Shown here piece by piece: positions 26,419 through 39,225 of a DNA stretch of 64,000 bases (its first letter is position 1; every line of letters starts with the position of its first letter). Below the pieces are notes generated by a model that saw only the letters and a list, made by a program, of their open reading frames with translations, was not told the DNA's origin and made no database searches. The position numbers were made by a program, and so were the translations under genes. Source of the DNA: Trichodelitschia bisporula (lineage: Eukaryota). The stretch covers positions 809,420-873,419 of the forward strand of contig ML996690.1 in the NCBI GenBank assembly GCA_010356995.1. Reading direction: 5' to 3'.

Positions 26419-28538
26419 ATGGCTAAGATTAAGAAGAAGGGTGTGTATTTAGCCTCCGCCCTTGCGCTCCTACTGACACTGAAAAGGTGCCTCCGGCCAG
26501 GCCAAAAATTACATTACCCGCACCCAGGCTGTGCGCAAGCTTCAGATCTCCCTTCAGGACTTCCGTCGGCTATGTATCTTTAAGGGTATGCCTCCGCTTG
26601 CTCCAGTACGCTGCTTTTGCTAATTGAGCAGGTATCCATCCCCGCGAACCGAGGAACAAGAAGAAGGTTTCGAAGAAGGCCACTCCCGCCACTACCTTTT
26701 ACTACACCCGGGACATTGCGTACCTGCTCCACGAGCCGCTCCTCCAAAAGTTCCGTGATCACAAGGCCACTGCGAAGAAGATTGCGAGGGCACTTGGTCG
26801 TGATGAAGTTTCGGACGCTAAGCGGCTGGAGAATTCTCTCCCGCGCATGAAGCTGGACCACATAGTGAAGGAACGGTACCCCACGTTCGTCGACGCCTTG
26901 CGCGATTTGGACGACGCTCTGTCGATGCTGTTTCTCTTCGCCAACCTCCCTTCTACCACTGCCGTTCCCGCAAAGACTATTGCGCTCTGCCAGCGGCTCT
27001 GCCTCGAGTTCGAACACTACCTCATTGTCAGCCACTCCCTGAAGAAGACCTTTTTGTCTATCAAAGGCATCTACTACCAGGCCACCGTACAGGGTCAGGA
27101 CATCATGTGGCTGGTTCCCTACAGATTTGTGCAGAAGATGACAGGCGACATTGATTTCCGGATCATGGGCACCTTCATCGAGTTTTACACTACCCTCTTG
27201 GGCTTCGTGAACTACAGACTGTACACATCCATTGGGCTGGTATATCCCCCTAAGTTCAACGCTTCTAGCGATGAGAGTGGTGGCGAGCTGGGTGCCATCA
27301 CTTTGGAGAGCAAATCAATATCTGGGCCGCTTGCAATCCAAAATGGCACCTCCGGGAACACCGCGTCGAAAGCTGCATCCGCCGCTGCTCAAGCAGCTGC
27401 TGACAAAGTTGCGCTGCAGAATGGGGACGCTGAGGAGATACCAGCACAGGAAGAACCGAGCGCTGAAGTCGAAGTAGTGGATGACAAAATCGACACCTTC
27501 GAGACCGTAACCGGCGAAGGCGCCGATGTTCTCCCGCAGCCGCAGGTCAGCAACACCGAGGCTGCAACACTCTTCTCGAGCTTTACCTTCTTCCTCTCGC
27601 GTGAGACACCCCGCGCGCCTCTGGAATTTATCCTGAAGGCTTTTGGCTGCAAGCGTGTCGGCTGGGACGCAGTTCTCGGAGACGGTGCCTTCACGACGAA
27701 TGAAAGGGACCCCAATATCACACATCAGATTGTCGACCGCCCCAACCTTCCCCCCAACGCCTTCTCAGCGATCAAGGGCGGTGAGGATGAGGCTGGGGCG
27801 CCCGCCCCGGGTGCCCGTTCCCGCGTTCCTGGCCGCATTTACGTTCAGCCGCAATGGGTCTGGGATTGCGTCAACCAGGGCAAGCTCCTTCGCCCGGATC
27901 TGTACGCTCCAGGTGCGACGCTGCCGCCGCATCTGAGCCCGTGGGTGAAGCCGAAGAAGGGTGCGTACGACCCGACGGCACCGCTCGAGGAGCAGGAGAA
28001 GGAAGGTGAAGCGGAATTGCACGCGGAGGAGGAGGGAGAGGAGAGCGATGCCGAAGAGGTAGAGCACGCCAATGGCGGTCCCTTCGACGCGATCTTCGAT
28101 GACGAAGTCGAGGCCGGCGAGGGCATGGACGTCGACGGCAGTGAGTCTGAGGGCGAGAGTGAAGCAGAAGCAGCCGCTGAAGTGGATGACGAGGAAGAGG
28201 AAGATGATGAAGAGCTTTCGGAGACCGAAGTCGAGCGGCTGCGTTACCAGCGTGAGCTGGAAGCCGAGGCTGCCGGACAACCGTTTGCGACTGCGGACGC
28301 AGGACAGATGCCAGGCAAGAAGCCCGGCGAGGCGAAAAAGAAGGCGGAGCTGAAGAAGCGGGCAGAGAAGGAGGAGCTGGATCGCCAGCGCATGATGCTG
28401 CCCAACAAGAAGCGGAAGTTGTTTGACAAAATGCAGTATGGGAACCAGAAGCGCGAGGCTGAGGCGGAGAAGCTGCGCAAGAAGAGGAGAAAGCTGGAAA
28501 AGGAGAAGTTGGCGGCTCAAGCGGCGAAGGCAAAGTAG
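26419..28538 (+). CDS. NOP7: Pescadillo/Nop7 (PeBoW complex, BRCT domain); introns 26441-26486 and 26586-26631
   Basis: Spliced [84 protein letters not shown]...[16 protein letters not shown]. Confidence 0.97.
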
Positions 28539-29166
28539 TTGGTGTATAGGCATTTACGGCTCGTAATATGGCTCCTTTTTTAGGCTGTGCTCCTGAACCC
28601 ATATATATTTCTGTCACGGTATGACACCCGGTTTCTGTTGCTCCATAGGCTCGCACCATCCCCGGGTTTGTCTGGGGCTTGGCGCTGTGCCAAGCCGCCA
28701 CACTCACACTCGTATACCAGGCCTACCTACCCGCAGTCCCTGACATCTTTACTCCGTAGCTTTACAATCTACGTCTTACCCACATCTTGATCGTGCATGT
28801 GTGATTGTTGACGGTGAAATTTTCACAAAGCTCTGACAATGTATCGCACCCGAAGAAATCCTAGGAAGTCACCATGATGTGTTCAAAACTCCAAAGCCCG
28901 CTGGTTGAATATGTGCACTATGGACGCGCCGTCGTGGATATTCCACGGCAAAGGGGCGAGCCGGATTTGTCGGCTATGCCACTGGTGGGTAAAGGCCGTC
29001 CTCGGCGACTCTTCTACACTGAACGGCCAATCGATTGGGAAACATGTGCGCAAAGGCCGACACTCGACTCCACGATAACCGACAGCTGCACACAAAGAGT
29101 GGTCGGTTCCACTAGATGAACGCACACAAATGGCAGACAAGCTCGCCACCGCTTAGGTCTGTCAGA

Positions 29167-30826
29167 TCACCGCCTTCCCCTGCCTCCACCAGCACCACCC
29201 ATCCCACCTCCCATCATCTTCATGAGAGACGCCATGTCGGGCATGCCACCACCACCGGGGAACCCGGCACCTGGACCGCCACCACCACCGCCAAACATCT
29301 TCATCATGCTAGCAAGGTCGGCGCCACCAGGCATGCCTTGCCCCATACTTTGGAGGCGTTTCTGCGCAGCTTCCATCTGCTGCTTGTTGTTCTTGCCCTG
29401 CATGGCGCCCTGTGCGCGCTGCATGTTCTGGACGCCTCCCTTCATCTTCTTGGCCATGTTGGCCATCATCTTGTGCTGCGTCAGCAAGTCTTCAACCTCG
29501 CGGACTGAGGTTCCCGACCCCCGGGCGATGCGCGTTATCCGGCTAGGCTGCGAGACGAAAACTTTGCCGTCCGAATCAAGCTCCTTATCCGTCATGCTGT
29601 CGCAAATGTAGATCATGCGGCGGAGCTTCGTGCTTCCTTCCTCGTCGTCCATGCCGCCCATCATGTTAGAGAGTCCCGGAATCATGCCCGCCATCTTGGA
29701 AAGCGGACCCATCTTCATTATGTTACTGAGTTGATCGCGCAGATCCCGGACGGTAAAGACGCCTTCAGCGATGTGCTTCATGGTGTCTTTTTGGTCCAGC
29801 TTGAGTGACTGGACGTGCTCCACGAGACCGGCCATATCACCCATGCCAAGAAGTTTGCTCACGAAAGGTTGAGGGGCGAAGCGTTCGAGGTCCAGCATAT
29901 GCTCGCCGGTACCGATGAACACGATAGGCGTATGTGTCGCAGCAACGGCGGAAATGGCACCACCACCGGCGGCAGCACCATCCGTCTTTGTTATAATGAT
30001 GGCTCCAAAGTCCGCGGCCTCCTTGAAGGCCCGAGATTGCTGCTCTGCAGCCTGACCGATGCTGCCGTCCATGACCATGATTGTCTGATCTGGCCGGACC
30101 GCTTGCTGGATCTGCACCATCTCGTCAAACAAGTCTTGCTCCTGCCGATGTCTTCCACTAGTGTCGACGATGATGATCTCAAAGCGTTCCTTCTTGAACT
30201 TCTCCACACCTTCCCTCGCCACGGCTACTGGATCCGTTTGTGTTAAACTACCGAAGTACGGAATCTTTGCCTTGGTCGCATTTTGTTTCAGCTGGTCAAA
30301 AGCACCAGCACGGAAGGTGTCGGCGCAGACGAGGCAGGCCTTGAAGCCACGGGCGGCGTACCATCTGGCGAGCTTGGTGCACGTTGTCGTTTTGCCTGCA
30401 CCCTGCAGGCCAACGAACATGATGACGTTGGATTTCCCCTTCTTCGGTTTAAACGGCTCGGCATGAGGGTCTACGAGCTTAACGAGCTCATCGAACACAG
30501 TCTATACGACATCAGTTCTGGGCGTACAAGTGCAAGGAGTATTGGACCTTCTGAATTAGGCGCTTTTTGTTCACGCCGGGCGCAAGGTCCTTGAAGCTAA
30601 CGGTATTCCGAATCGATTTCCGCAGACCGGCGACAAGCTTCACGTTGACATCCGCTTCTATTAAGGCAGAGCATATCTCCTTTACCATGCCATCGAATGC
30701 CTGGATGTCACATTAGCTGACGTATGACGTCCGTCGGAAGGAACATACCTTCTCGTCAAGGTTGGGAGACCTTGTGAGGTCGGAGACCGCGGCATTGATG
30801 CGCCGCCCTAAATCTTGAAGAACCAT
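29167..30826 (-). CDS. SRP54: Signal recognition particle 54 kDa subunit; introns 30701-30748 and 30502-30547
   Basis: [39 protein letters not shown]; Met-rich M domain with RIARGSG. Confidence 0.97.
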
Positions 30827-31034
30827 GGTGACAGGACGTGCGATGATCTGAGGTGGGGATACGACACGGTTGCGCCCCGCCAAAGTTCGTGGAGAGGCTT
30901 GCCAAGATTGTGGAGGGTCTGTGCACGAGATCTGCTTTTCCGCTCGGCGAAACTTTTTGTGAACCCCAGAACCGACACCAGACAATTCACCAATTCTGCT
31001 TTCACAGCCCACTCTCAGCACAACCACCAGCAAG
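30827..31034. promoter_or_regulatory. 208-bp bidirectional promoter region, SRP54/RRP15
   Basis: Head-to-head ATGs at 30826 and 31035; GAAACTTTTT at 30949-30958; GCGATGAT (PAC-like, one mismatch) at 30840-30847. Confidence 0.65.
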
Positions 31035-31880
31035 ATGCCGATGTCGATCTTAAAGCGCCCGCGGACGGACGAACGGATTAAGTCTCGACCATCGAAGAAA
31101 GCGAGACAGGCGGAGAAGAAAAAGCACTACAATAGCTCAAGCTCGGAAGAAGATAACGGCGAGTCTCCAGATTTTCATGCGGTCAATCTCCAAGATTCTG
31201 AAGACGACAAGCCTGCGGAGGCAAAAAAGCCCGCGAAGAGGGTGCCTAAAGTCCAATTCGAAGCCGCGCCCTCCGAAGCGTCTGCGAGTGAAGGGGAGGA
31301 GGGCGAGGAGGATGATGGTGCGGAGTCCGATATAACCGGCGCATCCTCTGGCTCGGACTCAGAAGGTTCGACAAGCTCCAAGTCAAGGAAAACGCGCAAA
31401 CGAAACGACCCTACTGCATTCGCCACCTCTATCTCCAAAATCCTCTCCTCGAAGCTCACTACCTCCAAGCGCTCCGATCCCGTACTTTCCAGGAGCAAAG
31501 ATGCCGAGAAGGCTGGAAAAGAGCTGGCCGAAGCGCGTCTCGATGCTAAAGCGCGGAATAAGCTCAGGGCGGAAAAGCGCGAGGCGATGGACAGAGGCCG
31601 CGTGCGCGACGTCCTGGGCCTTGAGACCCCGGAGACCTCAACGGCGGCCATCATGGAGCAGGAGCGGAAGCTGAAGAAGACGGCGCAACGTGGTGTGGTA
31701 AAACTTTTCAACGCTGTGCGGGCCGCGCAAGTAAAGGGAGAGATAGCGGCTCGCCAAGTTCAGAAGCAAGGGGTTGTCGGCATTGACAAGAGGGAGGAGA
31801 AGGTCAGCGAGATGAGCAAGCAAGGTTTCTTAGAACTCATTGCGAGCGGGGGCAAGTCGACGGCGACTACCAAGGCATAG
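31035..31880 (+). CDS. RRP15: Rrp15 60S biogenesis factor
   Basis: KRNDPTAFATSISKIL; ERKLKKTAQRGVVKLFNAVRAAQ; VSEMSKQGFLELI; acidic/basic N-terminus. Confidence 0.92.
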   Translation: MPMSILKRPRTDERIKSRPSKKARQAEKKKHYNSSSSEEDNGESPDFHAVNLQDSEDDKPAEAKKPAKRVPKVQFEAAPSEASASEGEEGEEDDGAESDITGASSGSDSEGSTSSKSRKTRKRNDPTAFATSISKILSSKLTTSKRSDPVLSRSKDAEKAGKELAEARLDAKARNKLRAEKREAMDRGRVRDVLGLETPETSTAAIMEQERKLKKTAQRGVVKLFNAVRAAQVKGEIAARQVQKQGVVGIDKREEKVSEMSKQGFLELIASGGKSTATTKA

Positions 31881-31977
31881 AGCTGTTGAGGGTGAAAATT
31901 TGAAGATTTCAGCACCGCATGGAGTTTGATGGTACCTGTTTTTGGGGGGTGGATTACCCTACCGATCTAGCATCCAC

Positions 31978-32895
31978 CTACGCTTCCCGAGTTACAGCTA
32001 TCATGTCGCCGCTGGAGACTTGGCTGGGGTCCAACACGCCGGCCTCTCCAAGAATACGAATGGCCTTGTCAATCACCTTCGGATCCGTGCCCCAGACATC
32101 TTCCGTGAACTTTACTGTCTTCAGCCACTCTTTGGCGTCTTCTGTGGTGTAATCCAACTCGGAGATGATGTACTTTACCGCTTCTTCGTGGTTCTCATTG
32201 AAGTACTGGATGCCTTTGTTGATGCTCTCGCTCATAGAGTTCAGGCGTCCGTCCGTTGGGTCTCGCGCCACAATCTTCCAGCTCGACCAAGGCGTGTAAA
32301 TCTCGCCTATCCGTTTGATCTTTTTGTTGTCCCAGTAGCGCTTCGTGGTGAAGTGCTCCCACATGAAAAAGTCGGCCGTTCCGTCGTTTACGCCTTGCCT
32401 CAGCTTCGCAAACGTATCGAGTGGCACCACCTCAAAGGGCAGCTGTCCAGGTTTCTCGAGCCAGCCTTGCTGGTCCGCCAGTACGAAGCTCATTACGTAG
32501 GATCCGCTCCCGATCCTGCTGACGCCCACTTTCTTATTCCGCAGCGGGTCGACCGACGTAAGGTCCTCGCGCCCAAAGCCGGTGGAAATAGCCCAGCAGA
32601 GCGGAGTCTCGACGTATGTGCCAACAATCTTATAGCCGGCCTTTTCGCGGTGCTTGCCAATACCGGCGACCCAGCCCTCTGTCAAACCAATGGCAACATC
32701 GAGCTCAGCAGCTTGAAGCGATTGAATCATGTGTCCAGTGCCAGAAGGATATGGGACCAGGGAGGCATCGAGTCCAAAGCGTTGCTTAGCAAAGTGGAGC
32801 GGTGTGGAGAAGTGCTCTGCCATACGTTAGAGCCGATGCGACGCCGTTCGGTGAGACGGACCCGGTACATAGCCGATACGCAATGGGCCGTCCAT
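31978..32895 (-). CDS. Periplasmic-binding-protein type 2 fold protein (Ca3427/NMT1-THI5-like); intron 32817-32861
   Basis: Spliced MDGPLRIGYVPEHFSTP; PSGTGHMI; DVAIGLTEG; GVSRIGSGS; DFFMWEHFTTK; YTPWSSW. Confidence 0.88.
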
Positions 32896-35800
32896 CCTAC
32901 AGGCAACTGAGAAGAATCGAGCGGACTGAAATGGGAGTGTACGGCGTGAGCAGAGCCAAGCAAACATTTTTGCGTTGCGCTGGGATTCTCCCGAGGGGAG
33001 CTCTGGTTTCGCGTTGGTGAAGCCGATGCCGGGAGAAGTGATATGCGGAGGTTATCGATAAAGCCGGCTCGGAACGCGTCTAGAATATCATGTGATCTTT
33101 AGCTAGCTGCACGACGGGTAGCTCCTCCCGCTGCACTTCTTCTTCTACGGTAGAGTTGTGCCAACTTCCGCTTACAAGATATGCCACAAAGATGGATGGG
33201 AGTGAGGAGATGACATTGCTAACAAGTTCAGGAGCCGTCGCTGTACAGAGGTAGTGTGCACCTTTTGTCTCGGCCCTTGAGCGCACCGGTGCTGGGAGAC
33301 TGAGGAGCTGTATCGCAAAAGGTAAATCGCAAGTGTAACTCGCCCAGACTTGCATCTTGGCGCCAAGGATGTAGTGATTTCCTGGTTACAGGTTACAATT
33401 CGATGAGCTGTTTATGTTTCCTGGAACGAAATTTGCCAAGACTTGTAGCTTGGCACCATCTCCCCTGCCACAATCGCAGCCCCCCTATAACCACCCCTGC
33501 GCCCCCGGTCATTTCGCCCAAAGCAGTAATGATCTGCAGTTACTGACCTGTAACCTGCGTCGGTGTCCCCCCCCCCACCAACGAGGTTCAAAATCTGTAA
33601 CGATCGTATAGTAGCTCTTACTCTGCTCTTACTCTGAACAGCGTCTCGTAGGTACATCCGGTCAAACAAAGGGTCAAAAGATTTGCCTCGACGAGACAAA
33701 TCCAACGAGCTATATGCTAGCTTTATTTATTCACTCTTCATGAGTGCATCGCCCATTGAAGTTTTGGTGATGAAATTTTTGATGGGGTGACCGGGGCCCC
33801 AGCAATTGTTCTTTTCGCGCAGGGAATATTTCGCGCTAGACATGGCCTCAATTTCTGAATTGCACTTGCGATTTACTTCTGCGATAAAGCTCCTGACTCC
33901 GAGCAGAAAGCTCCTCTAGGTGTGAATCAACTAGCGGGTAGAGTACATCCGTATTTGATGCTTGCAGCTTGTGGTCGTGACAGGCTGAGATTCCAAAGCT
34001 TTACGCCACAATGATGAGATGAAACGAATTCGGAGCTTGCCTCCGGAGCCACTGGCCTGTGCTTTGTGGTCCACTGACGCGGTAATGTTTCCGCGAGTCA
34101 GCCTATCGGCGAGGAGACGCACATTTAATGCATTCAAAGGTACTTATCTCCGTTCGAGCGCGCTACTCGTGGGCCACCTTCGTGCTCTCCGCAAGCCATG
34201 GGGACTGCCATCTCGACATTCGGTTTAAAGAGCCCCGATATGTTCGCATCGTTCTCGGAACTGCGCATGGACTTTATCTGGCCTGCATATGTCAAGGTTG
34301 GGAGAAGGATTCGAACCCATGTCAACAACCACTGTGGGGAAGCTGGATCGTTCCAGCAGTGATCAACGGTGCCTTGTGCGACGTAGTTCTTTCTCCCCTG
34401 GGACTCAACTCCGTTACCCACAACGCCACCGAGGAGGGCACGGTGAATAATGGCGATCTTTCAGCTTAAGTACCGGTATGCGTATACGGTAGTCATGCTC
34501 GTGACGGTTCCTCTTCAGGCACGGATGCGGGGCTCCCGCCTGCATGGCTTTGCGGATCATGGAAGCAAATAATGCTACCCGTAAAAGTTGAAAGGGCTTG
34601 AACTCCTAAATTTCTAGACTGGAATAATGTCGCTGAGCTAAGCTCCACCACGTTGCCCATTGTGGTAAGGATGGTAATGCTGCAGATCATGCATATTCGT
34701 CTGCGTGCATCGTTCATTGGCATTTGGCTCGGCAAGGAAAGTTTAAAATGTGCAGAGAGAGTCATGGGCAAAGTGATAACAATCGAGTCGGCAGGGCCAG
34801 GCTCTTCAAACGTCTCAATCTCACTCCGTTATAGCGTCGCTGGTTCAACCACTCACTGGATGGCGATGGCCATTATTACACGCGGGGAACTCAACTTTAT
34901 GCAGTCTTAGCACGTTCTGGCGCCGTTGTACTGTACGGGGCGATACCGCAGATGATGTCGGTCTGTGAAGCGGCAGGAACCGTAAATTCGACCAATCCCT
35001 GTTCGAGTTCCTGAAGCCGACCAACCCCTTGCGGGCTGAGAAGGACTGATGATCCACTTATCGTGTTCAGCAGGCTTTGGGAAGGGAACGGCACGATCTA
35101 ACCCTAAACTCACCTCTTCCAGGCCTTTTCTAGTAGGATGGAGGCTCATTTGGCTTTGGAAGACGAGCATGATTGGCTCAAGGAACAAGATGTGTGGTTG
35201 GAAACCTTCTTCCAGCCACATGGCTTCGTGCATCGGTAGTGTGGCCCCGAATCAAGCGCCCCACGGCGTTTCCCGTGGGCATTCGAGGTAGCTGCGAAAA
35301 ATGAAATCCTTTGCGAAGCGACAGTTACAATCGCGAACTTAATGGTAGTCGGCACATGCGAAGAAGGCGACCGCTATTCCCGGGTCTGTACAACATCTCT
35401 GAGCGAGCTCAAGATCTTTACAGGTAGAGAAAAACATGGAGAAGGCCTGCAAGGAGGCGAACCGGATCCGAGCTACTGCAACCAAGTCTTCTGTGGCGTT
35501 GCGCGTGCGCAAACGTTTGACAGCCTCCTAAGTCTTTCGGCTGATCCAGCATCGCGCAGAAGGGCCGAAGGCTTGGAAATTCTCATGCTCCTGCAGGCCG
35601 CGGGGCTGGTGTGAGCTTGTGAGTGGCTAGCCAGGAAACTTCGATGCGCGCGAAGCGCACCTCATCGACGGCCGCTGTGGAGTAGTTCGACGCGGCAGGC
35701 CCCCCGCGAGTCAGAAATCAGGATGTGCACCCGTCAGAACATCGCAAGGTCGGGCCCGGCCCTGGGGAGAGGAGGCGGATATGGACCATTCCCCGCCGCC

Positions 35801-35983
35801 TTCTATGCGCACATATAGTCCCTGGTCCCCTCTTCTCCAGATCATCCCCGGATTTTGGCTTCGTTTCTTCGGAATCGGTCCTAACCATACATACGGATTT
35901 TCCTCCTGCGCGACTTCGTCGACGGTTACTGCGTGATCGATCCAAACTCTCCTTCGCCATGAAGTTATAGGAAAACGGTCGTG

Positions 35984-37746
35984 ATGCACATAAACTTAGA
36001 GATCGCTTCGAAGTGGCCAGTCCCGAACTATGTCGACCCGGTGAGAAGGGGCCCGGAACTATGGATCGTCAGTATCATCATGTTGGTGCTGTGTACAATC
36101 GCAGTTGGCACGCGATTGTATAGCAGGATATTTATTCGCCACTGGATTGGGGCCGACGATGCCCTTGTGATCGCAGCCTATGTATGTTCTCCCAAAGTCT
36201 CTGAAGCTTTTGTTAACTTGCCATAGATTTCCACTGTCGCAGTTTCTGCAGTTGTTTTCTATGGCAATGCAAGGTTGCAATGGGATCGCCATGCTTACGA
36301 CATGCGTCTTGACGATGTTGTCCGTGAGTTTATCATTCAGTACCAGGGTGTCGCTGACTTGTCTAGCTGCACTCAAAGCGCTATACGCCTCCAAGATGCT
36401 CTGGGCCGCGTCGTCTTCGTTCACTCGGCTGTCGCTTCTTTGCCTCTTTTACAGACTCCTGGACCATTGTCAGCTTCGGCAATATCGCTGGATCTTGCAT
36501 TCCATAACCAGTTTCGTCATTGGCTTGTTTATTCTGCAGCTGGCCTTGTGCACTCTGCAGTGTAGACCAGTTAGCGCAATCTGGAGCTTTCCGGAAAGGC
36601 CTGGAGAAGTTTGCCTCGATCAACTCCCACTTCAGATGTCAACGGCAGTGTTGAACACCTTCGGAGAACTGGTTGTTGCCGTACTCCCTTTTTTCGTCGT
36701 CTCTAGGCTCCGAATGGACAACAAGCAAAAATGGAACGTCATCAGCTTACTGTCGCTGGGGATCTTTGTGACCATGATTGGCTGCGTCCGCTGCTACTTC
36801 CTCTTTATGACCATCTGGACAGCAGACCCGAATTGGTGGAGCACTCCGCATTGGATTTGTTCCGAGCTCGAGATCGACTCTGCCTTGGTACGTATTCTGA
36901 TAGTCAAGGGAAACTCCGTGCTCACTCGTCCAGATTTGTGCATGCGCCCCGGCCTTGCGCCCACGTATTGTAAGCCTTTGGCGGAGATACAAAAAGAGTC
37001 AGAACAACGCGCCGAAGCCGACGAAGCGAATCACCAGCGACACTGGTGATACGAAACTGACATCCGCTAAAGACCCGGAGGACATGCCGACATGGGGGAC
37101 TACGGTGTTCAGGACCATTGATCTGGAGGGAATCGCCATTGATGGCCTAGGATACACCGTTCGGATATCCGGTCCCTTCTGCAAGAAGAAGAAGAAGAGC
37201 GCAAGGAAGGAGGAGTGGATGGCCAGTATGACTCGTAAGGGTTCGTCGGCGGAGAACCTGGGGATATCTTCCCAGGCTTCCCAGAAGCAGCCTGTCGAAA
37301 TTGTGACAGAAAAGAGTTTTGAGGTGCGGGAGAGCTTCCATGAAAACATACTGGACGAAAACAGCTGGCGGTTTTGGGCTATGTCGCAGCAACGCTCTAA
37401 TGAGGAGGATATGGATATCGAGATTGAGCGCGCTGGTGCGGGGTTGAACGACTGGTCTTTGTTGGACAACCTTCCGACTCCTCAATCACCAGCATCACCA
37501 CCGGACGAGAGGCGAGACGGATCTCTTGAAGGACCACCTAGAATCAGCATCACACATCAGTATTCACCACCCCGTAATGTCGAATCACGGCCACAAGGTG
37601 CCACAACACACCCACCAACACCAGAGATACCCCGCCCGCCACCATTGGCTACAAGTCCGCCGAGATCACCGCGTCGGACTTCTTCTATTACACGACCGCT
37701 GAATTCGTGTCGATTGCTTGATACCAACCACGGGCGAGCGCCGTAG
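35984..37746 (+). CDS. PTH11-like (fungal rhodopsin-domain, non-CFEM) 7-TM protein; introns 36182-36226, 36324-36366, 36888-36933
   Basis: WPVPNYVDP; RLYSR...GADD; WDRHAYD; QCRPVSAIW; LPFFVVSRLRM; SELEIDSAL-ICACAPALRP; all three introns canonical and frame-consistent. Confidence 0.9.
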
Positions 37747-38925
37747 CCATATGTATGTTTAATGAAAGTCTTGAAGGTAACTTTGCCTGTGCTTCTGAAG
37801 CCGAGTGTATGATGACAGGCGTCGTTTCGCTTGGCATGAAGGCCCGGGACGTCGGACAGAAGAGCCAACGGTATCCAGGTTATCTTACGACAGGGTCCCC
37901 ATTAGCCCTACTACTCAGAAGATACAAAGCCCCTGTCGAGATCGCGGTCGGCATTTTGCAGAGAACCAAGGTGAATGGAAATCGGTTCATTAAGATATTT
38001 CCCACGAGGTAAGCCTTGTCCAGGTTTCAAGGTTGACACCCCTCGTATGTAGGTCGAATTTGTTCCTCAATACTTCTTTGCACGGGCAATATGCGGAAGA
38101 AGATGGTGAATTTGATACTTCACGGGGGTAACGTCCAGTTGCCAGCCCTGCTGCCCAAAACGGGTGCAGCAGTCGCCCACAGCATCGGCCCTACCCGCAT
38201 CTTTCCGCGTTTGATGCAAGCAGATACGATATCGGAAAGGACTTTGGTGTATGCAGCACTGCAGCTCCGCTCAAACAAGCAGGTATCTGGCAGAGAAGCA
38301 ACAGATCTCGATCCCTGTGGGAAATAGCCGGGATTAGGCTGAAATACATGAATGGAGTAAGAAACTGCCTCTTGCCGTGGGCGGATGTGGAAACGGAGAG
38401 GAGACTCCAAATCAAATTACGATAAAGCTGTTGGCTGACGGCAAAGGCCCTCCTGCACGTAAAGTCCTTATTCATGAAGTTGGACCTTGTGAGCAGGCTG
38501 AAAGCGAGAGTGGGATGGGGATGGAGGAGGAGCGAGCATTACGTAGTGTCGCTCGCAAACCTTTGGCGAGGAAATTCGCGCACCAAAGACGCTTGGCGGC
38601 GAAGGAGAGGCGCGACGCAGCAAGCAAGCCCTGGACCGGCAAACCCCGTGCTTGCATCAAAAAGGCGACGACTTTCTTGCTCTGTCTCCGAACACCTTTT
38701 GCTCCGTCAAATCCTCTCCTCACTGCGCTCTCGTCCTGCATTGCCTTCTGCCGTTGCTCTCTTATTGATAGTCTCTTCCCTAGCTCTCTTCCAAAAATTG
38801 TGTAAATCTCCGCCTGATCGTCGATCTCCCGGAGCGCGCCTTTGCCCCGACGTCAAAAGGATCCACTTTTCCACCAAAAAATTATTCTCTTGATATTGGC
38901 CACGCGACCGCGAAAGCTTCATCGA

Positions 38926-38949
38926 ATGTACAAACGTGCCTTACTCTGA
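38926..38949 (+). promoter_or_regulatory. Short AUG uORF (MYKRALL*) upstream of AdoMetDC
   Basis: ATG TAC AAA CGT GCC TTA CTC TGA seen directly; whether it lies inside the transcript is unverified. Confidence 0.4.
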
Positions 38950-38982
38950 TCACCACTTCACCTAGCCACTCAGCCTTCTTCC

Positions 38983-39106
38983 ATGCGACGCGAGGATCTG
39001 GTTCGCTTTCTGTCTAAGCCCGCGAAGTGAGTGGCGTTACTGCTTCATTCTCCCACACGAACCGCAAATTCTGACCCCCCCCCCCCCCCCCCCCAGGCCC
39101 AGATAA
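38983..39106 (+). promoter_or_regulatory. Spliced AUG uORF MRREDLVRFLSKPAKPR* spanning leader intron 39027-39096
   Basis: GTGAGT donor at 39027, CTGAC branch at 39071, C20 tract 39075-39094, CAG acceptor ending 39096; spliced frame ends AAG CCC AGA TAA. Confidence 0.65.
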
Positions 39107-39225
39107 CACCAGCTACTTGCGCCCCAAGCCACCAATCTACACACGCATAGCAGATATCCTCGTCTGCTAGACCCGATACTTGTACGGGTATCGGACTCTA
39201 CGGTCGAGGCCCTAGAATAGCCACA

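Noticed and set aside
27765..28707. Long antisense ORFs over NOP7 (and similarly over VPS54, SRP54, the Ser-rich gene and the aminotransferase)
   Set aside because: These are shadow frames expected from GC-rich codon bias and carry no motifs of their own.
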